A stretch of 47,620 bases of DNA from Gemmataceae bacterium (GTDB lineage: Bacteria > Planctomycetota > Planctomycetia > Gemmatales > Gemmataceae): the NCBI GenBank assembly GCA_019747655.1, contig JAIEQO010000290.1, forward strand, positions 1 to 47,620, read 5' to 3'. The notes beneath the pieces are model-generated. The model ran no database searches. It saw only the letters and a list, made by a program, of their open reading frames with translations, and was not told the origin of the DNA. Shown here one piece after another: positions 7,789 through 16,386 of this stretch (within the stretch, counting starts at the first letter, position 1; every line of letters starts with the position of its first letter). The position numbers were made by a program, and so were the translations under genes.

Positions 7789-8152
7789 GTGAGTTGCGGC
7801 AGAACATGCGGATGAAACCACCCGACAGCAAAGTCAATCACCGATGCACGGGAGGAGGGCCGTGCCGAGCGGTTCATGATCAGTGCGAATGCATGGGCAA
7901 TCTTCACAGCAGCAAAAGGCAGATCGACCGCCGGTCGGCAGTCGGCAGCACGAAGAGCCAACTGACGACACCGGATCAGCGGGCACAGCAACCCAAATGT
8001 CCCGAAGGCCGGTGAAGGGGCTGATCCAGAAAGTCCAACACGAGCAACGAGAAATACCGCACGTTGTGCTGGCGTGTTGGCCGCGTGTCGGTGACAACGC
8101 GATTGCAAGAAGCCCTGCAAACCCGCGCTGGCTGTGATGGAGCAGAGAGGCG

Positions 8153-8168
8153 TTAAGGAACCGTTAAC
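8153..8168 (+). promoter_or_regulatory. TTAA-N7-TTAAC box upstream of the relaxase
   Basis: TTAAGGAACCGTTAAC; TAAAAT 5 nt before the ATG (possibly leaderless). Confidence 0.55.
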
Positions 8169-8194
8169 GAATCTGTGGTACGGTAAAATATGGC

Positions 8195-10870
8195 ATGATT
8201 CGTGTTACTCAACAGAACAGTGCCGACGGTGCCAAGCGTTACTACGCTGCGGCCGATTACTACTTGGGCGACCAGGAACTGATCGGCCAATGGGGCGGCA
8301 ACGGAGCTGCCCGCCTCGGTCTTGAAGGCACGGTCGGCAAGCAGGCCTTCGAGCAACTCTGCGACAACATCAACCCCCAGACCGGACAGCCCTTGACGGT
8401 TCGCACACGCGGCGAACGCACGGTCGGGTACGACTTCACCTTCTCAGTACCCAAGTCGGTGTCGCTGCTCTACGGCCTCACTGAAGATAAGAAGATGCTC
8501 GATGCCTTCCGCAGCGCGGTCGAGGAGACCATGCGCGAGGTCGAGTCCGAGATGAAGACCCGGGTCCGCAGGCGTGGCCAGGATACCGACCGTGTGACGG
8601 GCAACATAGTTTGGGCCGAGTTCATCCACACCACCTCGCGGCCGGTCGGCGGGGTGCCCGATCCGCAGCTTCACGCCCACGTCTTCGCCTTCAACAGCAC
8701 CTGGGACAAAAACGAGGAACGTTGGAAGGCGGGTCAGTTTAGAGAACTCAAGCGGGACGCGCCGTACTTCCAGGCGGCCTTCCGGGTGCGGCTGGCGAAC
8801 CGCCTGCAAGAAATGGGCTATGGGGTGGTGCGTAAGCGCGACGACTTCGAGATCGCGGGCGTGCCGACGGATGTGCTCAAGCGATTCTCCCGCCGAACGG
8901 AACTGATCGAGCAACTCGCACAGGAACGCGGCATCACCGATCCCGACCGCAAGGCCGAACTCGGTGCCGAGACGCGCGAACACAAGGGCAAGAACCTGTC
9001 GCTTGCCGAACTGCGCCGGGAATGGCTCATGCGGCTTACTACCGAAGAACGCACCTGGCTCGGCAAGGTCCACAAGCGCGAGACGAAACCCACCCGGCCG
9101 GAGCGGGGTGAACGCACGGCCGTGGAGCATGCCATCGACCACAGCTATGTGCGCGACGCCGTGGTGCCGGAGCGGAAACTAATGACTGAAGCACTGAAGC
9201 GCGGACTCGGTGCCGTGACGGTAGACAAGGTGGCTGATGAACTTGCCCGAAGGCCCCTGATCCGAAGTCAGGTGGAGGGGCGCGACATGGCGACGACACG
9301 GGACATGCTCGCCCTGGAATCGAAACTGGTAGCGTTCGCGCGCGACGGGCGTGGCCGCTGCCGCCCCCTCAGCGATCCCAAACGACCATTCACACGCGAC
9401 TGGTTCAATGACGGCCAGAAGGCCGCCGTGCGGCACGTCCTGGGATCAAAGGATCGAGTGATGATGATTCGCGGCGTGGCCGGAACTGGCAAGACGACGC
9501 TGGAACAGGAGATCGGAGAGGCACTGGCCGAGGTCGGGAAACCCGTCGTGGCGATAGCCCAGTCGGTTAAGGCCAGCCGCGAAGTGCTGCGTGAGGAAGC
9601 TGGGTTTGCCTCCGCCGACACGGTCGCCCGCTTCCTCAAAGACAAGGAGATGCAGGAGTCGGCGAGGGGCGGGGTGATCCTGGTGGACGAGGCGAGCCAG
9701 CTCGGTACGCGGGATATGCACTCGGTCTTTACGGTGGCCGAAGCGGTGAATGCCCGCGTCGTGCTGGTCGGGGACCGTCGTCAGCATAAGAGCGTCACGG
9801 CCGGTGAGCCGCTGAGGCTCCTGGAAGAACGCTCCGGCCTGCCTGTGGCCGAGGTCACAGAGATTCTGCGGCAGCAGGGCGACTACAAGAAGGCGGCCGG
9901 CTACTTGAGCGAAGGCCGCATCGGGGATGCGTTTGCCGAACTCGACAAGCTGAAGTGGGTGAGGGAGGTCAGCGACACGGAACGCTATCGGGAGCTTGCC
10001 GACGCCTACCTTGCGGCCGGCAAGGAGCGAACCAAAGACGGGAAACAGAAGACCGCCCTGGTGGTCTCACCGACGCACGCCGAGGCCGCACGCGTCACCG
10101 ACGCTGTGCGCAAGGCACTCAAGAAGGACGGCACACTCAAAGATGAACGCACAGTGGCGACCTATGTAGCCGCCCACCTGACCGATGCCCAGAAGGCGGA
10201 TGCCACCGAGTACGAGCCGGGCGACCTGATCCAATTCCATCAGAACGCGCGTGGGCACACGAAAGGAACGCGGCTGGTCGTCGGTAATGCAGTCGCCCCA
10301 CCGACAGACCTGGCGGCGCGGTTCGAGGTCTACCGCTCCCGGCCGCTCGCCCTGGCCGCGGGCGACCGCATCCGCGTTACCTCCGGCGGCAAGACCAAGG
10401 ACGGCAAGCACCGCCTGAGCAACGGCTCGCTGTTCACGGTCGAGGGGTTCACGGCCAAAGGCGACATCCGGGTGAACGACGGGTGGGTGATCGATAAGGA
10501 CTTCGGCCACCTGACGCACGGGTACGTCACCACCAGCCACGCCAGCCAGGGAGCTACCGTCCACAAGGTGTTCGTCGCGGCCTCCGCCGAGTCCCTGAAG
10601 GCCACCGACCAGCGGACGGCGTATGTGGCCGTCACCCGCGGTAAGGAGCAGGCGGTCATCTTTACCGACGACCGCGAGGAACTGCTGAAAGCGGCCACGC
10701 GGTCGGATACGTCGCTTTCGGCGACGGAACTGGTGGATTCCAAGCACGCGCAACCGACTGCACTGCCCAAACGCCGCCGGGCGTTCCAGCACGGCACGGC
10801 CGGACCAGATTTCGCGCCGATAGCGGCACGGCAAATCGAGCCGACTAGAGGGGACGACCATGCTCGATAA
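8195..10870 (+). CDS. mobF: MobF (TrwC/TraI-like) relaxase-helicase
   Basis: N-terminal YYAAADYY, GYDFTFSVPKSVS, HTTSRP, PDPQLHAH (HUH), Walker A GVAGTGKTT, VDEAS, HGYVTTSHASQGATV, YVAVTRG. Confidence 0.97.
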   Translation: MIRVTQQNSADGAKRYYAAADYYLGDQELIGQWGGNGAARLGLEGTVGKQAFEQLCDNINPQTGQPLTVRTRGERTVGYDFTFSVPKSVSLLYGLTEDKKMLDAFRSAVEETMREVESEMKTRVRRRGQDTDRVTGNIVWAEFIHTTSRPVGGVPDPQLHAHVFAFNSTWDKNEERWKAGQFRELKRDAPYFQAAFRVRLANRLQEMGYGVVRKRDDFEIAGVPTDVLKRFSRRTELIEQLAQERGITDPDRKAELGAETREHKGKNLSLAELRREWLMRLTTEERTWLGKVHKRETKPTRPERGERTAVEHAIDHSYVRDAVVPERKLMTEALKRGLGAVTVDKVADELARRPLIRSQVEGRDMATTRDMLALESKLVAFARDGRGRCRPLSDPKRPFTRDWFNDGQKAAVRHVLGSKDRVMMIRGVAGTGKTTLEQEIGEALAEVGKPVVAIAQSVKASREVLREEAGFASADTVARFLKDKEMQESARGGVILVDEASQLGTRDMHSVFTVAEAVNARVVLVGDRRQHKSVTAGEPLRLLEERSGLPVAEVTEILRQQGDYKKAAGYLSEGRIGDAFAELDKLKWVREVSDTERYRELADAYLAAGKERTKDGKQKTALVVSPTHAEAARVTDAVRKALKKDGTLKDERTVATYVAAHLTDAQKADATEYEPGDLIQFHQNARGHTKGTRLVVGNAVAPPTDLAARFEVYRSRPLALAAGDRIRVTSGGKTKDGKHRLSNGSLFTVEGFTAKGDIRVNDGWVIDKDFGHLTHGYVTTSHASQGATVHKVFVAASAESLKATDQRTAYVAVTRGKEQAVIFTDDREELLKAATRSDTSLSATELVDSKHAQPTALPKRRRAFQHGTAGPDFAPIAARQIEPTRGDDHAR

Positions 10871-11369
10871 TCACACCCCGCACCAGGACCGCGTCCGCTC
10901 CAACCCGCACCTTTCGGGCCGGGTCGAGCAACCACCCAAGAAGGAGCAGGATGGCGGAGAGGGTTCTTGCCCGGCTTTTGGCTACCTAAGGGGCATCCAT
11001 GACCGTGCCCACGCCGTCGAGTTCCGCTTTCGTAACGGCAACAGCGTCTGGTTCCCTTACAACTGGCTCGGCAACTGGAAGTACGACCCGTCCGAGGGGC
11101 TGCTCCTCAAGTTCTCCGGCGACCTGGTGTACCTGGTGCTGATCCGGGGGACGAACCTCGACCGTCCGTTGGCCGAAGGCAGTGTCGATCTGATTCGTGC
11201 TGGCCTTCAGAGGCACCGCGTACTGTGGGTGCGGGAAATGGGAGAAGGGGAAGCGGCCGCGACCGGGGAATCCGGGCCGACCATCGATACCATCGAGGTG
11301 TCAGAGTTCGAGTCACACCAGGCGCTCACCGAATGGCTGGGCCGCGTTGCTCCTGCCTTCACGCGGTGA
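10860..11369 (+). CDS. Hypothetical protein overlapping the relaxase 3' end (possible relaxosome accessory)
   Basis: 11-nt overlap, GAGGGG RBS, globular composition. Confidence 0.75.
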   Translation: MLDNHTPHQDRVRSNPHLSGRVEQPPKKEQDGGEGSCPAFGYLRGIHDRAHAVEFRFRNGNSVWFPYNWLGNWKYDPSEGLLLKFSGDLVYLVLIRGTNLDRPLAEGSVDLIRAGLQRHRVLWVREMGEGEAAATGESGPTIDTIEVSEFESHQALTEWLGRVAPAFTR

Positions 11370-11414
11370 GGCCGGTTACCACGACCATATTCTGCGGCTT
11401 TCGGGCTCGGCCTC

Positions 11415-11447
11415 TTAACCCGGAATTTACCCTTCGTGCGGTAGGAT
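11415..11447 (+). promoter_or_regulatory. TTAA-N7-TTTAC box and -10 (TAGGAT) upstream of the exosortase-like gene
   Basis: TTAACCCGGAATTTAC-N11-TAGGAT. Confidence 0.5.
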
Positions 11448-11478
11448 CGCCTTTGATCTCAACCGAAATTCCGCTCCG

Positions 11479-12519
11479 ATGCCCAATAGCACTCGCTCGT
11501 CGTCATCAACTGCACCCTTCGTGATCCGGCTTCTCGGCCGCCTGTCGCCGCTCGACTGCTTCCGGGAGGAGCGATTCTGGCGATACGCACTCCTGCCGCT
11601 GGCCGGCTCGATGTTGCCGGTGTTGGTGCTTGCGATTCACAAAGGGAATCCGGTGTCGGAGAGCCTCGTGGGACTGGTCAGCGCCGTGGCACGCGCTCTG
11701 CCCACAGTACTGCTGATTCGCGTACTCGACCGTGACCCCGCAGGCCCCTTCCGCCTCCGGGTTTCGTGGACGGCACTGGCGGTGTGTTTCGTCGGGTTCA
11801 GCGGACCTATTGTGATAGGAGTACGGCCGGGCGCATGGCATGGGGCAATGCAGTCGGCAGTTTACCCGCTGCTCCTGACCGGCGTCCTGGCCGGCGTCGT
11901 GTCGGCCGTCCCGCCCGGGGAACTCATCCGCCGGGCTGCCCGCCACCGGATGCCCACGGGCCTTGCCGTCATCGGCCTTCTGCCCTACGTCCATCGTCTT
12001 TTGCTCGCACCGGAGTGGCGGATTCTCCACCCAATCTCGATCACCCTGACCCGGTGGCTGCTGGATTTGGCTGGGATCGGCACCACTGAAACCGAGTACT
12101 TCCACAAACGATTCGGGTTCGCCGTGCTGATACAGGCGCAGCACTGGGATGTGCTGATCTCGAAGGAGTGTAGCGGCTTCGCACGGGTCCTGATCTTCGT
12201 TGCGCTGTTCGCGTCGATGCTGCTCCAGAACCCGGCCCGCCTCCAGTCGTCAGTCGCGGTGGCGACCAGCTTTATCGGTGGCTTGGTAGCCGTCCTGAGC
12301 GTCGAATCCGTTCGGTGGGCAGCCTTGGTCGCCTTCGCCGAGCACACACTGCACGACGTCGGGCACACTCGCGCCGCGTATCGATCGATAGAGACGTACC
12401 ATCGTGCTGGCGGTCAATGGTCGGTATCCTTGTCGCTGGTTCTATTCGCGGCTTACTTCTACGTCGTGAGCCGCTGGCTGGACCGGCGTGCGGGACTCAT
12501 CCGGCAAACCCCAGGGTGA
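11479..12519 (+). CDS. Exosortase/archaeosortase family membrane transpeptidase
   Basis: Multiple TM segments; ISKECSG (Cys), ESVRWAAL (Arg), ETYH (His) in exosortase order. Confidence 0.7.
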   Translation: MPNSTRSSSSTAPFVIRLLGRLSPLDCFREERFWRYALLPLAGSMLPVLVLAIHKGNPVSESLVGLVSAVARALPTVLLIRVLDRDPAGPFRLRVSWTALAVCFVGFSGPIVIGVRPGAWHGAMQSAVYPLLLTGVLAGVVSAVPPGELIRRAARHRMPTGLAVIGLLPYVHRLLLAPEWRILHPISITLTRWLLDLAGIGTTETEYFHKRFGFAVLIQAQHWDVLISKECSGFARVLIFVALFASMLLQNPARLQSSVAVATSFIGGLVAVLSVESVRWAALVAFAEHTLHDVGHTRAAYRSIETYHRAGGQWSVSLSLVLFAAYFYVVSRWLDRRAGLIRQTPG

Positions 12520-12543
12520 TCCCGGAACGGCGAAGGCAGGGAA

Positions 12544-13518
12544 TCAGGGCAGAAGATCGCCATCTCCGGAAAACGCGACCGTGCAGGCAGGGAAGGCGTA
12601 GCTGCCCGACAAGCTGCCGCTGCTGCATGTGCGGCTCTCACTCTGGCAAACATCAGGCTCGGTTACCGCGTCGCTGAGATAGGCGGTCACGCTCGCCCCG
12701 TCGGCAACAGGGATGCCGTTGAACATGCAGGATGCTGGGGTCGGCGCGGGGGTCGATGTGGCAGTAGGAGCCGGCGTGGCGGTTGGCGTCGGTGCTGCTA
12801 ATACGTCACACGTCTCGTAATTGAACGATCCTGACATGGTGCCATCGTTGCAGGTGCGAGTCTCGCTCTCACAGGTATCCGGGCTGGTGACTTCGTCGAA
12901 CTGGTACGCGGTGACCGAATCGCCATGATTAATACTCGTCCCATTGAAAGAGCACTGGCCTCCACCAGGAGTGGGGGAAGGAGTAGAGGTTGGTGTGGGA
13001 GTAGGTGTCGCAGTCGGAGCAGGCGTCGGGGTAGATCCCGTAGTGCAACTGGCAGACGGAAAACTGCCTGGCGACAGGACGCCGCTGGTACAGGTCCGGG
13101 TTTCTGTCGGTTCCGCCGCGCAATTGGGGGACACGGGAACGGGATACGCCGTGACATTGCCGCCGTTCACAATGGTTACGCCGTCGAATACGCACATGCC
13201 GGCGAATGGATTAACCCGTAGAGCAGAGCAGGACATATTGACGCAATACCGATTCTCCGGCAATTTCTGGTATATGAAACCTGCCTGGCTACAGGACGCC
13301 CCGTTGTCACTGTCGAGACAGCAGCGGCCGCCGGGGTTGCTCAGGCAGGGTGTTACCCCGCCGGCGCAATACGGCGGAAACGCCGCGGAGCCGCTGTAAC
13401 ACGTCGCGGTTGAAGCCGCTCGCGCGTCGGCCGTTAAACCCGCCCACGCGAGAATCGCCGACACGGCCAAAAGAACTGATCGGCCACGAAAAAATTTTAT
13501 CGCAGAATATAATGACAT
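12544..13518 (-). CDS. Secreted Cys-rich protein with three about 50-aa repeats and Pro/Thr linkers
   Basis: Signal peptide ending ARA; 3x CxF[ND]GxxIxxGxxVTAY...E[ST]RTCxxGxxSxxSxxxxxC; PTPT linkers. Confidence 0.8.
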   Translation of the reverse strand: MSLYSAIKFFRGRSVLLAVSAILAWAGLTADARAASTATCYSGSAAFPPYCAGGVTPCLSNPGGRCCLDSDNGASCSQAGFIYQKLPENRYCVNMSCSALRVNPFAGMCVFDGVTIVNGGNVTAYPVPVSPNCAAEPTETRTCTSGVLSPGSFPSASCTTGSTPTPAPTATPTPTPTSTPSPTPGGGQCSFNGTSINHGDSVTAYQFDEVTSPDTCESETRTCNDGTMSGSFNYETCDVLAAPTPTATPAPTATSTPAPTPASCMFNGIPVADGASVTAYLSDAVTEPDVCQSESRTCSSGSLSGSYAFPACTVAFSGDGDLLP

Positions 13519-13778
13519 GAGGTGCCCGTGATGAGAGTGTACGCCACGGCAAATTATGGCACGCCCGGGGGCTTGCCGCAATCAATTTGACAGGCGGTCC
13601 CGGTCGGGACGAGATACGAACATTGCCATTTCATCCTGATCGGTCAAGCGGTTGCCGCACGCCTACCCGTATACAACTATATCGTGGCGGCCGGGGGCCG
13701 GAGTGTTTTCACGATTGATTCGCGGGCACGACTACGATATACTTCCGCCCCAGATGAATCGTGGCGGGAGCAACAAAC

Positions 13779-14267
13779 ATGTGGGCAGTGAGGGGAATGG
13801 CTGTGCTGAGCGTAATGGTGATCACGGGTGCAAAGGCGATGGACGTGCCGCAAGCCGAAGCGATCGCGAAAGCGGCCGTGGCGGATCAGGGATACCCCCC
13901 GGAGATGGCCGACCGCATGATCGCCGACACGGCAACCGTCCTTGTTTCGTTTCCGGCCTGGGCACCGCTCTACCCGGGTGCGGTGGTTTCGGCCGGCGGC
14001 AACGCCTGGGAATCGGACGAGGCGTCGCGCACGGCCAGGGGGAGCCTGAGCTTTGCCACGAAGGATTCGCGCAGCACCGTCGCGGATTTCTACGTCGAGG
14101 CGTTTTCGGCGAAGGGTGAAGTCACACAATATCGCACCGAGGAACCCTGGACGATTGAGGTGATAACATCGGATCAAAGCGAAGTGACGACCCTTAACCT
14201 TGAACAGGGAGAGGCACACAAAACCAATGCTACCCTCAATTACACTAAGGCACCAGTGCGGCAATAA
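13779..14267 (+). CDS. Hypothetical exported protein
   Basis: GGGAG RBS, signal-like N-terminus ending AKA, PAWAPLYPGA motif. Confidence 0.7.
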   Translation: MWAVRGMAVLSVMVITGAKAMDVPQAEAIAKAAVADQGYPPEMADRMIADTATVLVSFPAWAPLYPGAVVSAGGNAWESDEASRTARGSLSFATKDSRSTVADFYVEAFSAKGEVTQYRTEEPWTIEVITSDQSEVTTLNLEQGEAHKTNATLNYTKAPVRQ

Positions 14268-14289
14268 ACCATCAAGAATAGGAGAATAC

Positions 14290-15249
14290 ATGATGACACG
14301 CTTGTTATCCCTGCTAGCGATTGCAGTACTTGCTACTACACCCTTGCCTGCACAGGCTGACCAAGCGCAGATGGGCGGCGGGCTACCTTTCGAGCTGTAC
14401 AAATACGACAATGCCACGCTGTACTCCCAGAAATCCATTGTGTACGGAAAGCGTAAACTGGAGAAGAATGAGCTGGCGGTTGGGAAAATCACGGCATTGG
14501 TGTACGTGGTCAAGGGCGACCACACACCTTTGGAAATCGGCGAGAATTACAAACAGTCTTTGATAAGCCAGGGTTTTGCAATCATTGCTGAGAGCGAGGG
14601 CAAGTCGATCGGCCAGATGTGTTGGAATCTCGATCTGGAAGATATTTGCTATCGAAGCGGTGTGTATGGCGAAAACTATAAGCTGCAACTGAAGAAAACA
14701 GACGCGGCCGGCGATGCGTTCGTCGATATTGTGATCGGCCAGGCCAAAAACAAAATCAAAGGCAAGCCGGACGGGGCGGTGAAGTTGCCAGAGATGATTC
14801 TGGAGCCCGGCGAGAACACCGTGATACTGCTGATCATCACTCCTAAGAAGCTTGAGCACAAAATGGTAAAAGAGGACATGTCGTTCATCCTAGGCCAACT
14901 CAAGGAAAAGGGGAAAGTCGATCTCTACGGTATCTTCTTCGACACCGATATGGCGCAGATCAAGCCACAAAGTGCGGATGTGATTACCGAAATCGCCAAG
15001 GCGCTCCAGCAAGATCCGTCACTCCGCCTGCAGGTGGCGGGACACACCGACAATGTTGGATCGCCCGACCACAACATGGCATTATCGCAAGCACGTGCGG
15101 CATCGGTCGTGTCAGCAATAGTGGCGAAGGGTGTCGCGCCGGATCGGCTTTCCGCCAAAGGCTATGGCTCCAGCCAGTCGGTGACAGCAAACGATACCGA
15201 AGAGGGCCGTGCGAAGAACCGCCGGGTCGAGCTTTCGCGTATCTCTTGA
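14290..15249 (+). CDS. OmpA-like peptidoglycan-binding domain protein
   Basis: Signal peptide; YGIFFDTD, VAGHTDNVGS, NMALSQARA, GRAKNRRVEL; AGGAG RBS. Confidence 0.92.
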   Translation: MMTRLLSLLAIAVLATTPLPAQADQAQMGGGLPFELYKYDNATLYSQKSIVYGKRKLEKNELAVGKITALVYVVKGDHTPLEIGENYKQSLISQGFAIIAESEGKSIGQMCWNLDLEDICYRSGVYGENYKLQLKKTDAAGDAFVDIVIGQAKNKIKGKPDGAVKLPEMILEPGENTVILLIITPKKLEHKMVKEDMSFILGQLKEKGKVDLYGIFFDTDMAQIKPQSADVITEIAKALQQDPSLRLQVAGHTDNVGSPDHNMALSQARAASVVSAIVAKGVAPDRLSAKGYGSSQSVTANDTEEGRAKNRRVELSRIS

Positions 15250-15369
15250 CCGGTCGGATGGCCACACCGCACGGTCGGCACCGTTTCTTTCGCTGACCGG
15301 CTAAGCAATGGTCATGTAGCTGTTCGGACACCGAGTCGATCGACGAGGTCGCTTCAGGACCATGCCGGA

Positions 15370-15807
15370 ATGGGGTACGCCCGCGAGGGCGACGTGGTGG
15401 TCGTCCACAGCATGGACCGCCTGGCCCGCAACGTCCACGACCTGCTGACCCTGGTCAAGGGTATGACCGCGAAGGGCATCGCCGTCGAGTTCCGCAAGGA
15501 AAACCTGTCGTTCACGGGCAACGACAGTTCCATCTCCCACCTCATGCTGACCGTGCTCGGGGCCGTCGCCCAGTTCGAGCGGGATCTAATCCGCGAGCGG
15601 CAGCGGGAGGGGATCGAGGCCGCCAAGAAGCGGGGCGTCTACCGGGGCAGGCGGAAGGCATTGACGCCCGAGCAGGCGGCCGAACTCGCCCGCCGGGCCG
15701 CGGCCGGCGAAAGCAAGTCCGAGCTCGCCCGCGAGGCCGGGGTCAGCCGGGAGACGCTTTACCAGCATCTGCGGCAGGTGCGTCACACCACTCCGGGCGG
15801 GGGTTGA
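15370..15807 (+). pseudogene. 5'-truncated serine resolvase/invertase
   Basis: REGDVVVVHSMDRLARN...ERQREGIEAAK and C-terminal HTH present; the YxRVS catalytic N-terminus is not in the upstream frame. Confidence 0.8.
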
Positions 15808-16130
15808 TGGACAACCTACTTTACCTCTGCCTGGAGGCGCACAACCCCGATCGAAATCACCACCGCCGGTACGAGGTCCGGCTCTCCCGCGATCTGTTCG
15901 GCCACTGGGTGGTCACGATCGGCTACGGTCGGGCGGGGTTGGGCGTGCAACAACTCGTCTACTCGGACCCAGACCCTTTGGTCACGCGGGACATCATCCG
16001 CTACTACCTCGACCGCCGGGCGTCTGCCCCGCGGCGGCTCGGATGCGAGTACCGCCTTCGTGATCTTTCCGCGGGGCCGGGCATCGACCTCGGCTTCTGG
16101 CTCCCGCCGGAGCTGATGTCCGACGACTGA
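15807..16130 (+). CDS. WGR-domain protein
   Basis: RNHHRRYEVRLSRDLFGHWVVTIGYGRAG. Confidence 0.8.
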   Translation: MDNLLYLCLEAHNPDRNHHRRYEVRLSRDLFGHWVVTIGYGRAGLGVQQLVYSDPDPLVTRDIIRYYLDRRASAPRRLGCEYRLRDLSAGPGIDLGFWLPPELMSDD

Positions 16131-16386
16131 GGTCTCCTTCCAAGGCAGCTCATAGGGCACTTCGTGCCCCCGTCACAATCGCCGGCTATTTAGGGAGGGC
16201 ATCGGCTGGGTGATCGACAACGGGTGTGCGGTCAAGGCAATCGAACGTATCTGGCAGAAGGGAGCGGAGTGGCGAACAAGAGCGGCTCACCGCTCGCGGC
16301 ACGCACCGGATCGGCGACTGGCCGGTTCTTTCGTCAGGAACTCTTCTGGGTTGCCGGGGTTGGACCCTGCCACTTGGTCTAGCCGG

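Noticed and set aside
8055-8100. GTGCTGGCGTGT-TGG as an F-like nic site before the relaxase
   Set aside because: Too loose a match and no convincing adjacent inverted repeat; the region is still a plausible oriT location but no site can be called
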